Assembly (NCBI GenBank): GCA_963701185.1
Contig: OY969569.1
Span: 383,054 to 447,053 of the forward strand
DNA length: 64,000 nucleotides
Reading direction: 5' to 3'
From: Candidatus Gottesmanbacteria bacterium
GTDB taxonomy: Bacteria > Patescibacteriota > Microgenomatia > UBA10105 > UBA927
Made by a program: the position numbers and the translations under genes. Shown here in pieces: positions 18,268 to 26,983 of this stretch (position 1 is its first letter; each line of letters opens with the position of its first letter). The notes beneath the pieces were generated by a model. It saw only the letters and a program-made list of their open reading frames with translations, had not been told where the DNA came from and made no database searches.

Positions 18268-20028
18268 ATGAACGGTTTTTTGTTGGAAAATATGGACCAA
18301 GAACACCTTAATCATCTTCGACACTCATGCGCACATTTGCTTGCGGCGGCGGTCATGGAGCTGTGGCCCAACACCAAACGCACGATCGGACCGGCAATCG
18401 AAAATGGATTCTATTATGATTTTGATTTCGGTGATGTGAAAATATCCGAAGAAGATTTCCCCAAAATAGAGGCAAAAATGCTGGAACTGGTCAAAACCTG
18501 GAAAGGGTTTGAACGAAGAGAAGTAAGCCGCGCGGAGGCAGTCAAAATATTTCAGGATAACGAATACAAAAAAGAATTGATCGAAGAGTTTAGCAAAGAA
18601 GGCCAAAAGCTCACAGTCTTTACATCGGGCACCTATACGGATCTTTGCCGCGGCGGCCATTGCCCGCACCCAAGCCATGATCTGAAATATTTTGATCTGC
18701 TTTCCGTCGCCGGCGCGTATTGGCGCGGGTCCGAAAAAAATAAGATGCTCACGCGCATTTACGGCACCTGTTTTCCGACACGCACGGGATTGGATGATTA
18801 TCTGAAAGGTATAGAAGAAGCCAAAAAACGCGACCACCGGAAAATCGGCAGAGAATTAGGATTATTCACGATGAATAGCGAAGTCGGACAGGGGATAACC
18901 ATCTGGCTTCCCAACGGCTCAATTATCCGCCGCGAGATAGAAGAGTATATGGTACGTGAGCAAACTAAAATTGGATTCAAACACGTGTATAGCCCGCATA
19001 TCGGTCGCAAGTCCTTGTGGGAAAAAAGCGGGCATTGGGATTTATACCGAGACAAAATGTATTCCCCGATGGATGTAGACGGCGTCGAGTATTTGGTAAA
19101 ACCCATGACCTGTCCCATGCACATTCAGTCATTTGAATTTACACCGAAATCCTACCGCGATCTCCCGTACAGAATTGCAGAAATCGGTTCCGTATACCGG
19201 TATGAACAATCCGGTGAACTCGCCGGGTTACTACGGGTCCGTGCATTCACACAGGACGATGCCCATATTTTTTGTACACCCGAACAGACAGTAGATGAAT
19301 TTCTGTCGGTTTTTTCATTTATCCAAAAACTCTACAAAGTGTTTGGGTTTAACGAATACCGCGTCAGGTTGGGTATTCGGTCTGCAAAGGGAAAATACTT
19401 AGGAAATGATAGTCTGTGGGAAAAAGCGCAGGAAAAAATTATTGAAGCTCTCGATAAATCCGGGGTCGCGTACACAATATCTGAGGGCGATGCGGCATTT
19501 TACGGACCAAAAGCCGATTTTATGATCAAGGATGCACTCGGCCGGGAGTGGCAATGTGGAACGGTGCAGGTTGATTTCATGTTACCGGAACGCTTTGGAT
19601 TAAAATATATCGACAAAAACGGTACAGAGCAGAGGCCGGTTATGATACACCGCGCACCGCTCGGGTCACTGGAGCGGTTTTTAGCAATACTGATCGAACA
19701 GTATGCCGGGGCATTTCCGGCGTGGCTGGCACCCGTGCAGGTCGTCCTTATTCCGATTGCCGAGCGGCATGTTGAAGCGGCCAAAATGATGGCCGGTGAG
19801 CTCCAAGGCCGCGGTATCCGGGTGGAGATAGACGGGAAAAGTGAGCCTATGGGCGCCAAAATCCGAAACGCAACGTTGCAAAAAGTGCCGTTCATGGGTA
19901 TAATAGGGGATAAAGAAGTGACGGAGAAGCGTATTTCCGTCCGGACACGCAAGGGTGAAGATCTCAAAGCGATGAGCCTTGAGAATTTTTTGTCCCTGCT
20001 ACAAGAAGCGATTGAGCATACTGTATAA
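18268..20028 (+). CDS. thrS: threonyl-tRNA synthetase (lacks N-terminal TGS domain)
   Basis: Class II core with RDHRKIGRELGLF, the HxxxH/C editing-domain remnant, and a C-terminal anticodon-binding domain. 586 aa. Confidence 0.9.
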   Translation: MNGFLLENMDQEHLNHLRHSCAHLLAAAVMELWPNTKRTIGPAIENGFYYDFDFGDVKISEEDFPKIEAKMLELVKTWKGFERREVSRAEAVKIFQDNEYKKELIEEFSKEGQKLTVFTSGTYTDLCRGGHCPHPSHDLKYFDLLSVAGAYWRGSEKNKMLTRIYGTCFPTRTGLDDYLKGIEEAKKRDHRKIGRELGLFTMNSEVGQGITIWLPNGSIIRREIEEYMVREQTKIGFKHVYSPHIGRKSLWEKSGHWDLYRDKMYSPMDVDGVEYLVKPMTCPMHIQSFEFTPKSYRDLPYRIAEIGSVYRYEQSGELAGLLRVRAFTQDDAHIFCTPEQTVDEFLSVFSFIQKLYKVFGFNEYRVRLGIRSAKGKYLGNDSLWEKAQEKIIEALDKSGVAYTISEGDAAFYGPKADFMIKDALGREWQCGTVQVDFMLPERFGLKYIDKNGTEQRPVMIHRAPLGSLERFLAILIEQYAGAFPAWLAPVQVVLIPIAERHVEAAKMMAGELQGRGIRVEIDGKSEPMGAKIRNATLQKVPFMGIIGDKEVTEKRISVRTRKGEDLKAMSLENFLSLLQEAIEHTV

Positions 20029-20053
20029 ACACTACCGGCTGAATTACCAAATC

Positions 20054-20539
20054 ATGAGTCCGACAGTTCGCCTGTTGGATGAAGAGGGGAAGCAAATCGG
20101 TATTGTCACCAAGCTGGAAGCACTCCAGAAGGCAAAAGAGCTTGATCTCGACGTTGTAGAAATTGCTCCGGCGGCGAAGCCTCCGGTCGCCAAGCTCATT
20201 GATTTTAAAAAGTTTAAGTACCAGGAAGCCAAAAAAGAGCAGGAAAACCGGAAAAGCCAGAAAAACGTCGGGGTGAAAGAAATCCGCCTCCGGCCCTTTA
20301 TCGGCCAACATGATTTTGATACGCGCCTGAACCGCGCAAAAGAGTTTCTGGAAGACGGGAATCAGGTCAAATTATCGCTGTTTTTCCGGGGACGGGAGAT
20401 TACGCGGAAAGAATTCGGGTTTGACGTCATGAAGCGGTTTATTGCAGGATTGGAAGCTGTACGGGTCGTCCGTGAGCCGCATCTGGAAGGAAAAGTATTG
20501 GGCGCAATGGTCGTACCGGATAAGAAGAAAGAGAGCTGA
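20054..20539 (+). CDS. infC: translation initiation factor IF-3
   Basis: IF3 N- and C-domains (VRLLDEEGKQIG...LDLVEI...). The conserved IF3 N-terminus continues upstream of the ATG in frame (LNYQI). The real start may be a non-AUG codon (CTG 20039 or ATC 20051). Confidence 0.8.
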   Translation: MSPTVRLLDEEGKQIGIVTKLEALQKAKELDLDVVEIAPAAKPPVAKLIDFKKFKYQEAKKEQENRKSQKNVGVKEIRLRPFIGQHDFDTRLNRAKEFLEDGNQVKLSLFFRGREITRKEFGFDVMKRFIAGLEAVRVVREPHLEGKVLGAMVVPDKKKES

Positions 20540-20540
20540 T

Positions 20541-20738
20541 ATGCCGAAAATGAAGACGAAAAAAATAGTACGGAAACGGTTTAAAATTACCGCAAACGGT
20601 AAGGTTATGCACCGTATGCAGGGCGCACGGCATTTACGCAGCAATAAAACCAAATCTCACCAAAGGCGCCAGGACGCACCGCAGGAGATCACGACAATCC
20701 GGTATTCACGGATGGTCAAACGGTTTTTAAATACATAA
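20541..20738 (+). CDS. rpmI: ribosomal protein L35
   Basis: MPKMKTKKIVRKRFKITANGKV... Its ATG overlaps the infC stop. Confidence 0.9.
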   Translation: MPKMKTKKIVRKRFKITANGKVMHRMQGARHLRSNKTKSHQRRQDAPQEITTIRYSRMVKRFLNT

Positions 20739-20739
20739 T

Positions 20740-21090
20740 ATGAGAGTAAAACGAGGTGTTCACGCAGGAGCAAAACATCATAAAATTCTGACAGCCAACA
20801 AAGGCTACAGGATGACCAGACGCCGCCTTATCCGTGTGGCAACGCAGGCGTACCTGCATGCGGGAGAATATGCCCATTCCGGACGAAAAAACCGCAAGCG
20901 CGATTTCCGGCAGCTCTGGATCACGAGAATCTCCGAAGCAACCAAGCAAAACGGCCTGTCCTACAGCGTATTCATGAGTAAACTGAAGGCCGCCAACATC
21001 GACATGGACCGGAAAATATTGGCAAATCTGGTCACCAATGATCCCGAAATATTCGAAGAAATCGTTGACAAAGTCAAAACGGTAAATTAA
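20740..21090 (+). CDS. rplT: ribosomal protein L20
   Basis: MRVKRGVHAGAKHHKILT... is the canonical L20 N-terminus. Confidence 0.9.
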   Translation: MRVKRGVHAGAKHHKILTANKGYRMTRRRLIRVATQAYLHAGEYAHSGRKNRKRDFRQLWITRISEATKQNGLSYSVFMSKLKAANIDMDRKILANLVTNDPEIFEEIVDKVKTVN

Positions 21091-21101
21091 AATATAAATC
21101 T

Positions 21102-21173
21102 ATGACAGCCCAAAGAATGTCAGTGAGTATGTTTTTTTGCCCCAAGCCGAACGGGGTATCTTTGGGTGCATAA
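21102..21173 (+). CDS. putative 23-codon leader peptide (MTAQRMSVSMFFCPKPNGVSLGA) upstream of pheST
   Basis: Small ORF ending inside a conserved element shared with the aro-operon leader. Contains an FF pair. Paralogous in length and ends to 26912..26983. Confidence 0.4.
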   Translation: MTAQRMSVSMFFCPKPNGVSLGA

Positions 21174-21222
21174 ATAACTAAAAATTTAACCCACGATCCC
21201 CCGCAAGGGGGATTTTTTGTGG
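21166..21222 (+). promoter_or_regulatory. conserved leader element plus intrinsic terminator (candidate Phe attenuator) upstream of pheS
   Basis: gcataaataacTaaaaatttaAcccacg..., then hairpin atccccc-gcaa-gggggat (21196-21212), then a T6 run. About 80% identical to 26975-27037. Confidence 0.5.
21196..21218 (+). terminator. rho-independent terminator (7-bp GC stem, GCAA loop, U6)
   Basis: atccccc gcaa gggggat tttttt, read directly. Confidence 0.7.
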
Positions 21223-21270
21223 AAGTATCTTGCGTGAATACAAGCTAAACCGTACAATGAAAGTGAGTCT

Positions 21271-22314
21271 ATGAGTGATCTTATACCGACACCGAATTTC
21301 ATTGGTATGCTTTTGGAGTGCCAGCAGGATGCGCTTGACGCGATTGCCGACGGTGAAAAATCCGCGGAACGGCTGCGCATAGAGCTCCTTGGCAATAAAA
21401 GTGATCTGTCAAAGTTAACCAAAAACATACGGCTTGTCCCTGCCGCAGACCGGGCCCAGGCCGGAACGGTCGTCAACCAGGTAAAACAGACCATTCTGCA
21501 GGCTCTCGCCGCACGCGGCACGACACAAACCCCCAAAACCACCCTGCCATTTGACCCGACCATGCCGGGGATTGAGCCGCCGGAGGGCCATTTGCACATC
21601 GTAACGCAGGCTATTGAAGAAATTACGCGCATATTTGAACGTATCAGTTTCATCCGCGTCCGGCACCCCGAAGTTGACTGGGACTGGTATCCGTTTGAAT
21701 CATTAAACATGCCCCACTCTCACCCGGCAAGCGACGAATGGGAAACATTTTATATTGAAGGGCACGGAATAGGACCAAAAAAACAGAAAATAGTCCTCAC
21801 GCCGCATACCAGCAACGGCCAGGTACGGGAAATGGAAAAGGGGAAACTTCCGATCCGCATGATCAATATCGCCAAGTGCTACCGCCGGCAGATTGACGTG
21901 TCCCATACGCCGATGTTCCACCAATTTGAGGGATTGTATATCGACCGCAACGTGTCCATTTCACATCTCAAAGGGGTACTGGATTATTTTGCAAAACAAT
22001 TTTTCGGCCCTGAAAGAAAAACGCGCATCCGGCCGTTTCATTTTCAGTTTACAGAACCTTCATTTGAAGTGGATGTTTCCTGCGGTGTGTGTCTCGGAAA
22101 AGGATGCAAACTGTGCAAGGAAGGCTGGCTTGAACTCGGCGGCGCGGGCATGGTGCATCCGAATGTCCTGAAAAACGGGAATGTTCCGGCCGGGTACAAC
22201 GGCTTTGCGTTCGGTTGGGGAGTCGAGCGCTGTTTTATGATGAAATCGGGAACGCAATTGGACGACATTCGACTTTTATATAGCAACGATGTGCGCTTTT
22301 TGGAACAGTTTTAA
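21271..22314 (+). CDS. pheS: phenylalanyl-tRNA synthetase alpha subunit
   Basis: Class II motifs FHQFEGLYID and GWGVERCFMM. N-terminal helical arm. Confidence 0.9.
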   Translation: MSDLIPTPNFIGMLLECQQDALDAIADGEKSAERLRIELLGNKSDLSKLTKNIRLVPAADRAQAGTVVNQVKQTILQALAARGTTQTPKTTLPFDPTMPGIEPPEGHLHIVTQAIEEITRIFERISFIRVRHPEVDWDWYPFESLNMPHSHPASDEWETFYIEGHGIGPKKQKIVLTPHTSNGQVREMEKGKLPIRMINIAKCYRRQIDVSHTPMFHQFEGLYIDRNVSISHLKGVLDYFAKQFFGPERKTRIRPFHFQFTEPSFEVDVSCGVCLGKGCKLCKEGWLELGGAGMVHPNVLKNGNVPAGYNGFAFGWGVERCFMMKSGTQLDDIRLLYSNDVRFLEQF

Positions 22315-22316
22315 AT

Positions 22317-24284
22317 ATGAACATACTCATACCTGATTCATGGCTCAGAGAATTTCTTAAAACAAAGGCAACTTCTCAACAGATAAAGGAGTATTTGTCC
22401 CTGTGTGGCCCGTCGGTCGAACGGCTTAGAAGACTGTCTTTGAACAAAGACAGTCTTCAAGGCGAAACAGTTTACGACATCGAAATCACAACCAACCGGC
22501 CCGACGCGATGTCTGTTTTTGGTGTCGCGCGCGAGGCGGCGGCGATTTTACCCCGGTTCGGGATTCCGGCAAAATTCGTCAATGACCCCTATGCCCTACA
22601 AGGACTCTCCTTGAAGGACGAGGAGAGTCCTTCTCGGAGCCTTAAACTTTTTATCAAAACCGACCCGAAGCTTAATCCCCGCTGGACATCTATTATTCTT
22701 TCGGATGTCCGCGTCGCGCCTTCGCCCCTCTGGCTCAAACAAAAACTGGAAGCAACCGGCATCCGCAGCATCAACAACGTGATTGACATCACGAATTATC
22801 TGATGCGCGCCTACGGCCAGCCGGCGCACGCGTTTGATTATGACGAAATTAAGGACTCAACAATGATCCTTCGTGAAAGTAAGAAGGGTGAAAAAATCGT
22901 CACCCTGGACGGAAAGACACACACCCTCGCAGGCGGCGACATCGTGATCGAAGACGGCGCCGGCAGACTCATTGACTTGTGCGGCATCATGGGCGCGCAA
23001 AACTCCAGCATTAAACCCGGAACGTCATCTGTTGTTCTTTTTACCCAAACGTACAATCCCGTCAATATCCGCAAAACCTCCATGGCACTGGCGGCGCGAA
23101 GCGAAGCGTCATCGCTTTTTGAAAAAGGACTCGATAGTGAACTGACACTACCTGCTTTAATCCGCGGAATAGAACTGATGGAAAAACTTACCGGCGCACA
23201 CGCTGCCAGTAAAATGTATGACATCTATCCCAAACCGTACAAACCATATTCAGTTACTGTCTCAAAAGAAAAAACGGCGGGCTATATGGGGACAGAACTC
23301 ACTGATACTGAAATAAAAAAAATACTGGTTCCGCTCGGATTCACGCCGTCTCTCACTAAAAAAGAGATTACCGTCACGGTCCCGAGCTACCGCACGGATG
23401 TGACACTGGACGTGGATGTGATTGAAGAAATCGCCCGGATATACGGATATCACAACATACAGACCACATTGCCGGAAGGCGAGCCGCCGATCGTCATACC
23501 TGATCCGCTCCTTGGATGGGAACACGAAATAAAAATACACCTGCGCGATTGGGGATTTACCGAACTCACTACCTACTCCATGATTTCCGAAAAACTCATG
23601 GGGATATTCGGCCTTGATACCAATAAAGCATATAAAATCACCAATCCGCTTTCGGAGGAATGGCTCTACATGCGGCCAACACTCCTCCCAAGCGCGCTTC
23701 TTGCCGTTGAACAGAACCTGCATTTCAGAAAGGATCTGCAATTATTTGAATTAAGTATGACGTATCAATGGCGTGAGCACGATTTGCCCAAAGAAAAACC
23801 GACACTGGTCGTTGCGTGGACCGGAAACAAACATCGCGAGGCCAAAGGAGTAGGAGAAGCTATCTGTTCGATCCTGGGTGAACGCAATTCGGGCTTCGTT
23901 GAAGAAGTTAAACCTGATCTTCTGTCAAAAATGAATATCCATACGCCGGTGACGACATTGACTCTCGATATTGCCGATCTTGTTACCCACGCAACACGGA
24001 ATAAAAAATATGTTCCGATTTCTAAATATCCTCCGATCGTCGAAGATTTATCGTTCATCGTTCCGCAGGGATTCCAGGTCGGTCCGCTTATTGACGTTCT
24101 GTCGCGGGTTCACAAACTTATCGAGTCCATCGTTTTCTTAGACGCCTATGAAAACAAACGGACGTTCCGTGTCACGTACAATGACCCGACAAAAAACCTG
24201 ACCGGCATGGATATCGCACCCATCCGTCAAAAACTCATCGAATACGCCGGAGAAAAATTCGGGGCCTCCGTGGTCACCGCTTAA
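22317..24284 (+). CDS. pheT: phenylalanyl-tRNA synthetase beta subunit (short form lacking N-terminal tRNA-binding domain)
   Basis: B3/4 and B5 domains, then an FDYDEI-containing core. 655 aa. Carries an in-frame REP hairpin at 22429-22458. Confidence 0.85.
   Translation: MNILIPDSWLREFLKTKATSQQIKEYLSLCGPSVERLRRLSLNKDSLQGETVYDIEITTNRPDAMSVFGVAREAAAILPRFGIPAKFVNDPYALQGLSLKDEESPSRSLKLFIKTDPKLNPRWTSIILSDVRVAPSPLWLKQKLEATGIRSINNVIDITNYLMRAYGQPAHAFDYDEIKDSTMILRESKKGEKIVTLDGKTHTLAGGDIVIEDGAGRLIDLCGIMGAQNSSIKPGTSSVVLFTQTYNPVNIRKTSMALAARSEASSLFEKGLDSELTLPALIRGIELMEKLTGAHAASKMYDIYPKPYKPYSVTVSKEKTAGYMGTELTDTEIKKILVPLGFTPSLTKKEITVTVPSYRTDVTLDVDVIEEIARIYGYHNIQTTLPEGEPPIVIPDPLLGWEHEIKIHLRDWGFTELTTYSMISEKLMGIFGLDTNKAYKITNPLSEEWLYMRPTLLPSALLAVEQNLHFRKDLQLFELSMTYQWREHDLPKEKPTLVVAWTGNKHREAKGVGEAICSILGERNSGFVEEVKPDLLSKMNIHTPVTTLTLDIADLVTHATRNKKYVPISKYPPIVEDLSFIVPQGFQVGPLIDVLSRVHKLIESIVFLDAYENKRTFRVTYNDPTKNLTGMDIAPIRQKLIEYAGEKFGASVVTA
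22429..22458. repeat. REP-like hairpin copy 3 (gaagactgtctttgaacaaagacagtcttc), in frame inside pheT
   Basis: 26/30 nt identical to copy 1. It encodes RLSLNKDSLQ in pheT without breaking the frame. Confidence 0.85.
22600..22632. repeat. 12-bp perfect inverted repeat (aaggactctcct ... aggagagtcctt) with 9-nt loop inside pheT
   Basis: Read directly. Shares the caagga/gagagtcct motif seen at 15498 and 55818. Confidence 0.6.
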
Positions 24285-26851
24285 GGGGTCGGCGTAGGAG
24301 CTACGTAATCCGCATTAATCCCTACATGTACATCGTTACTCGCGTGGTTTCCTTTGTTATCGACCACTTCCAGATGGATAATATGAGAGCCATTAGTCGG
24401 AATCGTAATTGTTTCATTGATATTTTTATCGTGCACGGTTTTGATAATGGATCCGTCAAGGCCAATTTCCACGCGGTCCAGATCATTGAGCGTTGATACC
24501 GTAACCTCGAGAGTAACGGAATTACTGTCCACCCGCGTCATGTCTTTGGGATTTTTGACATTCATACCGATGGAATCCGTTCCCTGATAAGTTTCCGTCG
24601 GCGGATGAAACTTCGAATCTCCCTGGCCGGCGACCCAGGCGTTAATGGCATCCTGCCAGCGGTTTTTGCCGTCTGTTGAAACCGGATCCTGTTCGGCAAA
24701 AACGACATACTGTTTCAGGTCATATTGGCCGTTGCCCACCTCAACCACATTTGCCAGTTTATTGTTATCATGCCGCGACACTTTGATATTTGCATAAATA
24801 TATGCCGGCCCGGTCGGTTCGGTGCCTTTAATAAATTTTTCGCGGCGGGTCGAATTCCCTGATACCGGCGTGCCGCCGCCATAGCTATCAATATCCATGT
24901 CGATAATCGTGGAAGGCCGGGTAAATGGTTCGTCCTTTTTGCCGGTGAGCGCCGCCTTTATAATTCTGTTCCAGATGGGAGCGGCACCGGTGACACCGGA
25001 GGCCAGCGCCTGATTCATCGGGGAATTGTCGTTATTGCCGACCCATGCTCCCACCACCATCGACGGCGTATAGCCGACCGTCCAATTATCCCGTTTATCA
25101 TCCGTCGTGCCGGTTTTTACTGCCACACTAAATCCGGGAATCGTCAGGTATGAACTGGGGCCGAACGTATCTTTGCGCGCACCGTTATCGGACAATATAT
25201 CGGAAATCAAATAGGAAACGTCTGCCGCAAGCACCCGCTGCGGAGCCGGCGGATTGTATTGGTAAATCACTTTGCCGTTCCTATCTTCAACCTTCAGAAT
25301 GGAAACGGGTGCGGCCTTCATACCTGACGTCGCAAACACGCCGTAGGCGCTGGTGAGATCCAAAAGCGTCACCTCGCCGCCCCCCAGGGTCATGGATAAC
25401 CCTAACCGCTTGAGATTGTCATTGGTCGGGGCCAACGACGAGATGCCCATATCATTGGCAGTGGCCAGCACGTCTTTGACCCCTGTCAGCGCGCTCACTT
25501 TGACGGCGATCGTGTTTATGGAATTGCCCAGGGCAAACCGGAGCTGCATGGGGCCGCGGAATTTGCCGTCATAATTTTTGGGGTTATACTCGGGTTTGGC
25601 AGGGTCACCGGAGGGGTATTTGGTATCCACATCCATAAGGAGAGTTGCCGCCGTATATCCTTTTTTAAACGCCGTTGCGTACGTAAAGGGCTTGATGGAC
25701 GAGCCCGGTTGACGCAAGCCCTGGGTGACGACGTTGAATTTATAGCCGCTGGAGTCCGTCGCCGAGTAGTCTTTGCTCCCGACCATTGATAAAACTTCCC
25801 CGGTCTTCGGGTCAATGACGACCGCCGCACCGTTTGAGACTTTCAAATATTTTGCTTTATCCACTTCCTCTTTGACAATCGCTTGTGCTTTTTGCTGAAG
25901 GCGCCAGTCCAGGGTTGTTGTCACTTTCAGTCCGCCCCCGTCAACGGTTCCCGCCCCGAATTTTGCGACCAACTGTTCTTTAACGTACGCGACGAAATGA
26001 GGCGCACGCAGCCCCTCGGTATCCGTGGCAAAATGAATACTATCCAAAAGCTTTCGTGCATCCGCTTCCTGCGTTGGGGTAATATATCCGTCCTCCCGCA
26101 TGCGCGTGAGGACGTGCTGAGTCCGGGCTACGTAGGCTTTCGGCGCCCCAAAAAAGGGCGAGTAATCATTAGGGTCCTGCGGGAGTCCTGCCAAAACGGC
26201 GCATTGAACTAAATTCAAATCTTTCACCGACGTTCCGAAATACAATTGCGAAGCGGATTCCATGCCGGCAGTCGTACCGCCGTAGGGTGCTTCATTAAGA
26301 TACATCTGGAGAATCTGTTCTTTGGAATATTTCTGTTCTATCTGGATGGCAAGAATTGCCTCTTTGATTTTGCGCGGCACGGTCCGTTCATTCGTCAAAA
26401 GCACGGTTTTCACCAGCTGCTGGGTTAGCGTGGATCCCCCCTGCAGACTCCGGGAAAAAAGGTTGGACAGAAGCGCACGGATAATACCCGACGTGGAGAG
26501 TCCCGGGTGCTTGTAAAACTCCTTATCTTCGATCGCGATTGTAGCCTCCCGGCAGTATTTGGGAATATCGTCAAAGGAAACCGGAATACGGTTGGCGTCC
26601 TGATAAATGTCATACAGGCTTTCGCCGCTGCGGTCCAGAATCACCGTGGATAAGCCGGTCGTCCGCTGCACCTTATCCGGACGGGGCAAATCCTTGGCAT
26701 ACCAGGCAAATAATACGACGGTAAACAGCACCGCGGCAACAACAACGAAAAATCCGACGACCGCCAGGGTCGTGGTGAACTGGAGATTATTTCGGGTCAT
26801 TCCGAAGCGGCGTCTAAATTGCCTTCGTTGAAAAAGGTCATACATGGACAT
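24281..26851 (-). CDS. class A penicillin-binding protein (PBP1A-type transglycosylase/transpeptidase)
   Basis: GT51 motif IAIEDKEFYKHPG. Transpeptidase motifs SSIK, SGN-like and KTGTT. N-terminal TM. Start set at Met 26851; the ORF extension to 27067 would overlap the aro leader region. Confidence 0.85.
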   Translation of the reverse strand: MSMYDLFQRRQFRRRFGMTRNNLQFTTTLAVVGFFVVVAAVLFTVVLFAWYAKDLPRPDKVQRTTGLSTVILDRSGESLYDIYQDANRIPVSFDDIPKYCREATIAIEDKEFYKHPGLSTSGIIRALLSNLFSRSLQGGSTLTQQLVKTVLLTNERTVPRKIKEAILAIQIEQKYSKEQILQMYLNEAPYGGTTAGMESASQLYFGTSVKDLNLVQCAVLAGLPQDPNDYSPFFGAPKAYVARTQHVLTRMREDGYITPTQEADARKLLDSIHFATDTEGLRAPHFVAYVKEQLVAKFGAGTVDGGGLKVTTTLDWRLQQKAQAIVKEEVDKAKYLKVSNGAAVVIDPKTGEVLSMVGSKDYSATDSSGYKFNVVTQGLRQPGSSIKPFTYATAFKKGYTAATLLMDVDTKYPSGDPAKPEYNPKNYDGKFRGPMQLRFALGNSINTIAVKVSALTGVKDVLATANDMGISSLAPTNDNLKRLGLSMTLGGGEVTLLDLTSAYGVFATSGMKAAPVSILKVEDRNGKVIYQYNPPAPQRVLAADVSYLISDILSDNGARKDTFGPSSYLTIPGFSVAVKTGTTDDKRDNWTVGYTPSMVVGAWVGNNDNSPMNQALASGVTGAAPIWNRIIKAALTGKKDEPFTRPSTIIDMDIDSYGGGTPVSGNSTRREKFIKGTEPTGPAYIYANIKVSRHDNNKLANVVEVGNGQYDLKQYVVFAEQDPVSTDGKNRWQDAINAWVAGQGDSKFHPPTETYQGTDSIGMNVKNPKDMTRVDSNSVTLEVTVSTLNDLDRVEIGLDGSIIKTVHDKNINETITIPTNGSHIIHLEVVDNKGNHASNDVHVGINADYVAPTPTP

Positions 26852-26871
26852 ATTGCTATTGTAGCGGATTT

Positions 26872-26900
26872 TTGCAAAAATTGACAACACGTGATATACT
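26872..26900 (+). promoter_or_regulatory. candidate promoter TTGCAA-17-TATACT upstream of aro leader ORF
   Basis: ttgcaa at 26872-26877, tatact at 26895-26900. An alternative pairing is TTGACA at 26881 with CATACT at 26902. Confidence 0.35.
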
Positions 26901-26911
26901 CCATACTGTTT

Positions 26912-26983
26912 ATGAATAGCCAACGCAACCAAAATTTCTTTTATTATTTTACTCCAGTCCTTGGAGGGGATTGCGTGGCATAA
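26912..26983 (+). CDS. putative 23-codon aromatic-rich leader peptide (MNSQRNQNFFYYFTPVLGGDCVA) upstream of the aro operon
   Basis: FFYYF codon cluster. The ORF stops inside the conserved element. Same length (23 codons) and similar ends to the pheST leader. Confidence 0.5.
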   Translation: MNSQRNQNFFYYFTPVLGGDCVA

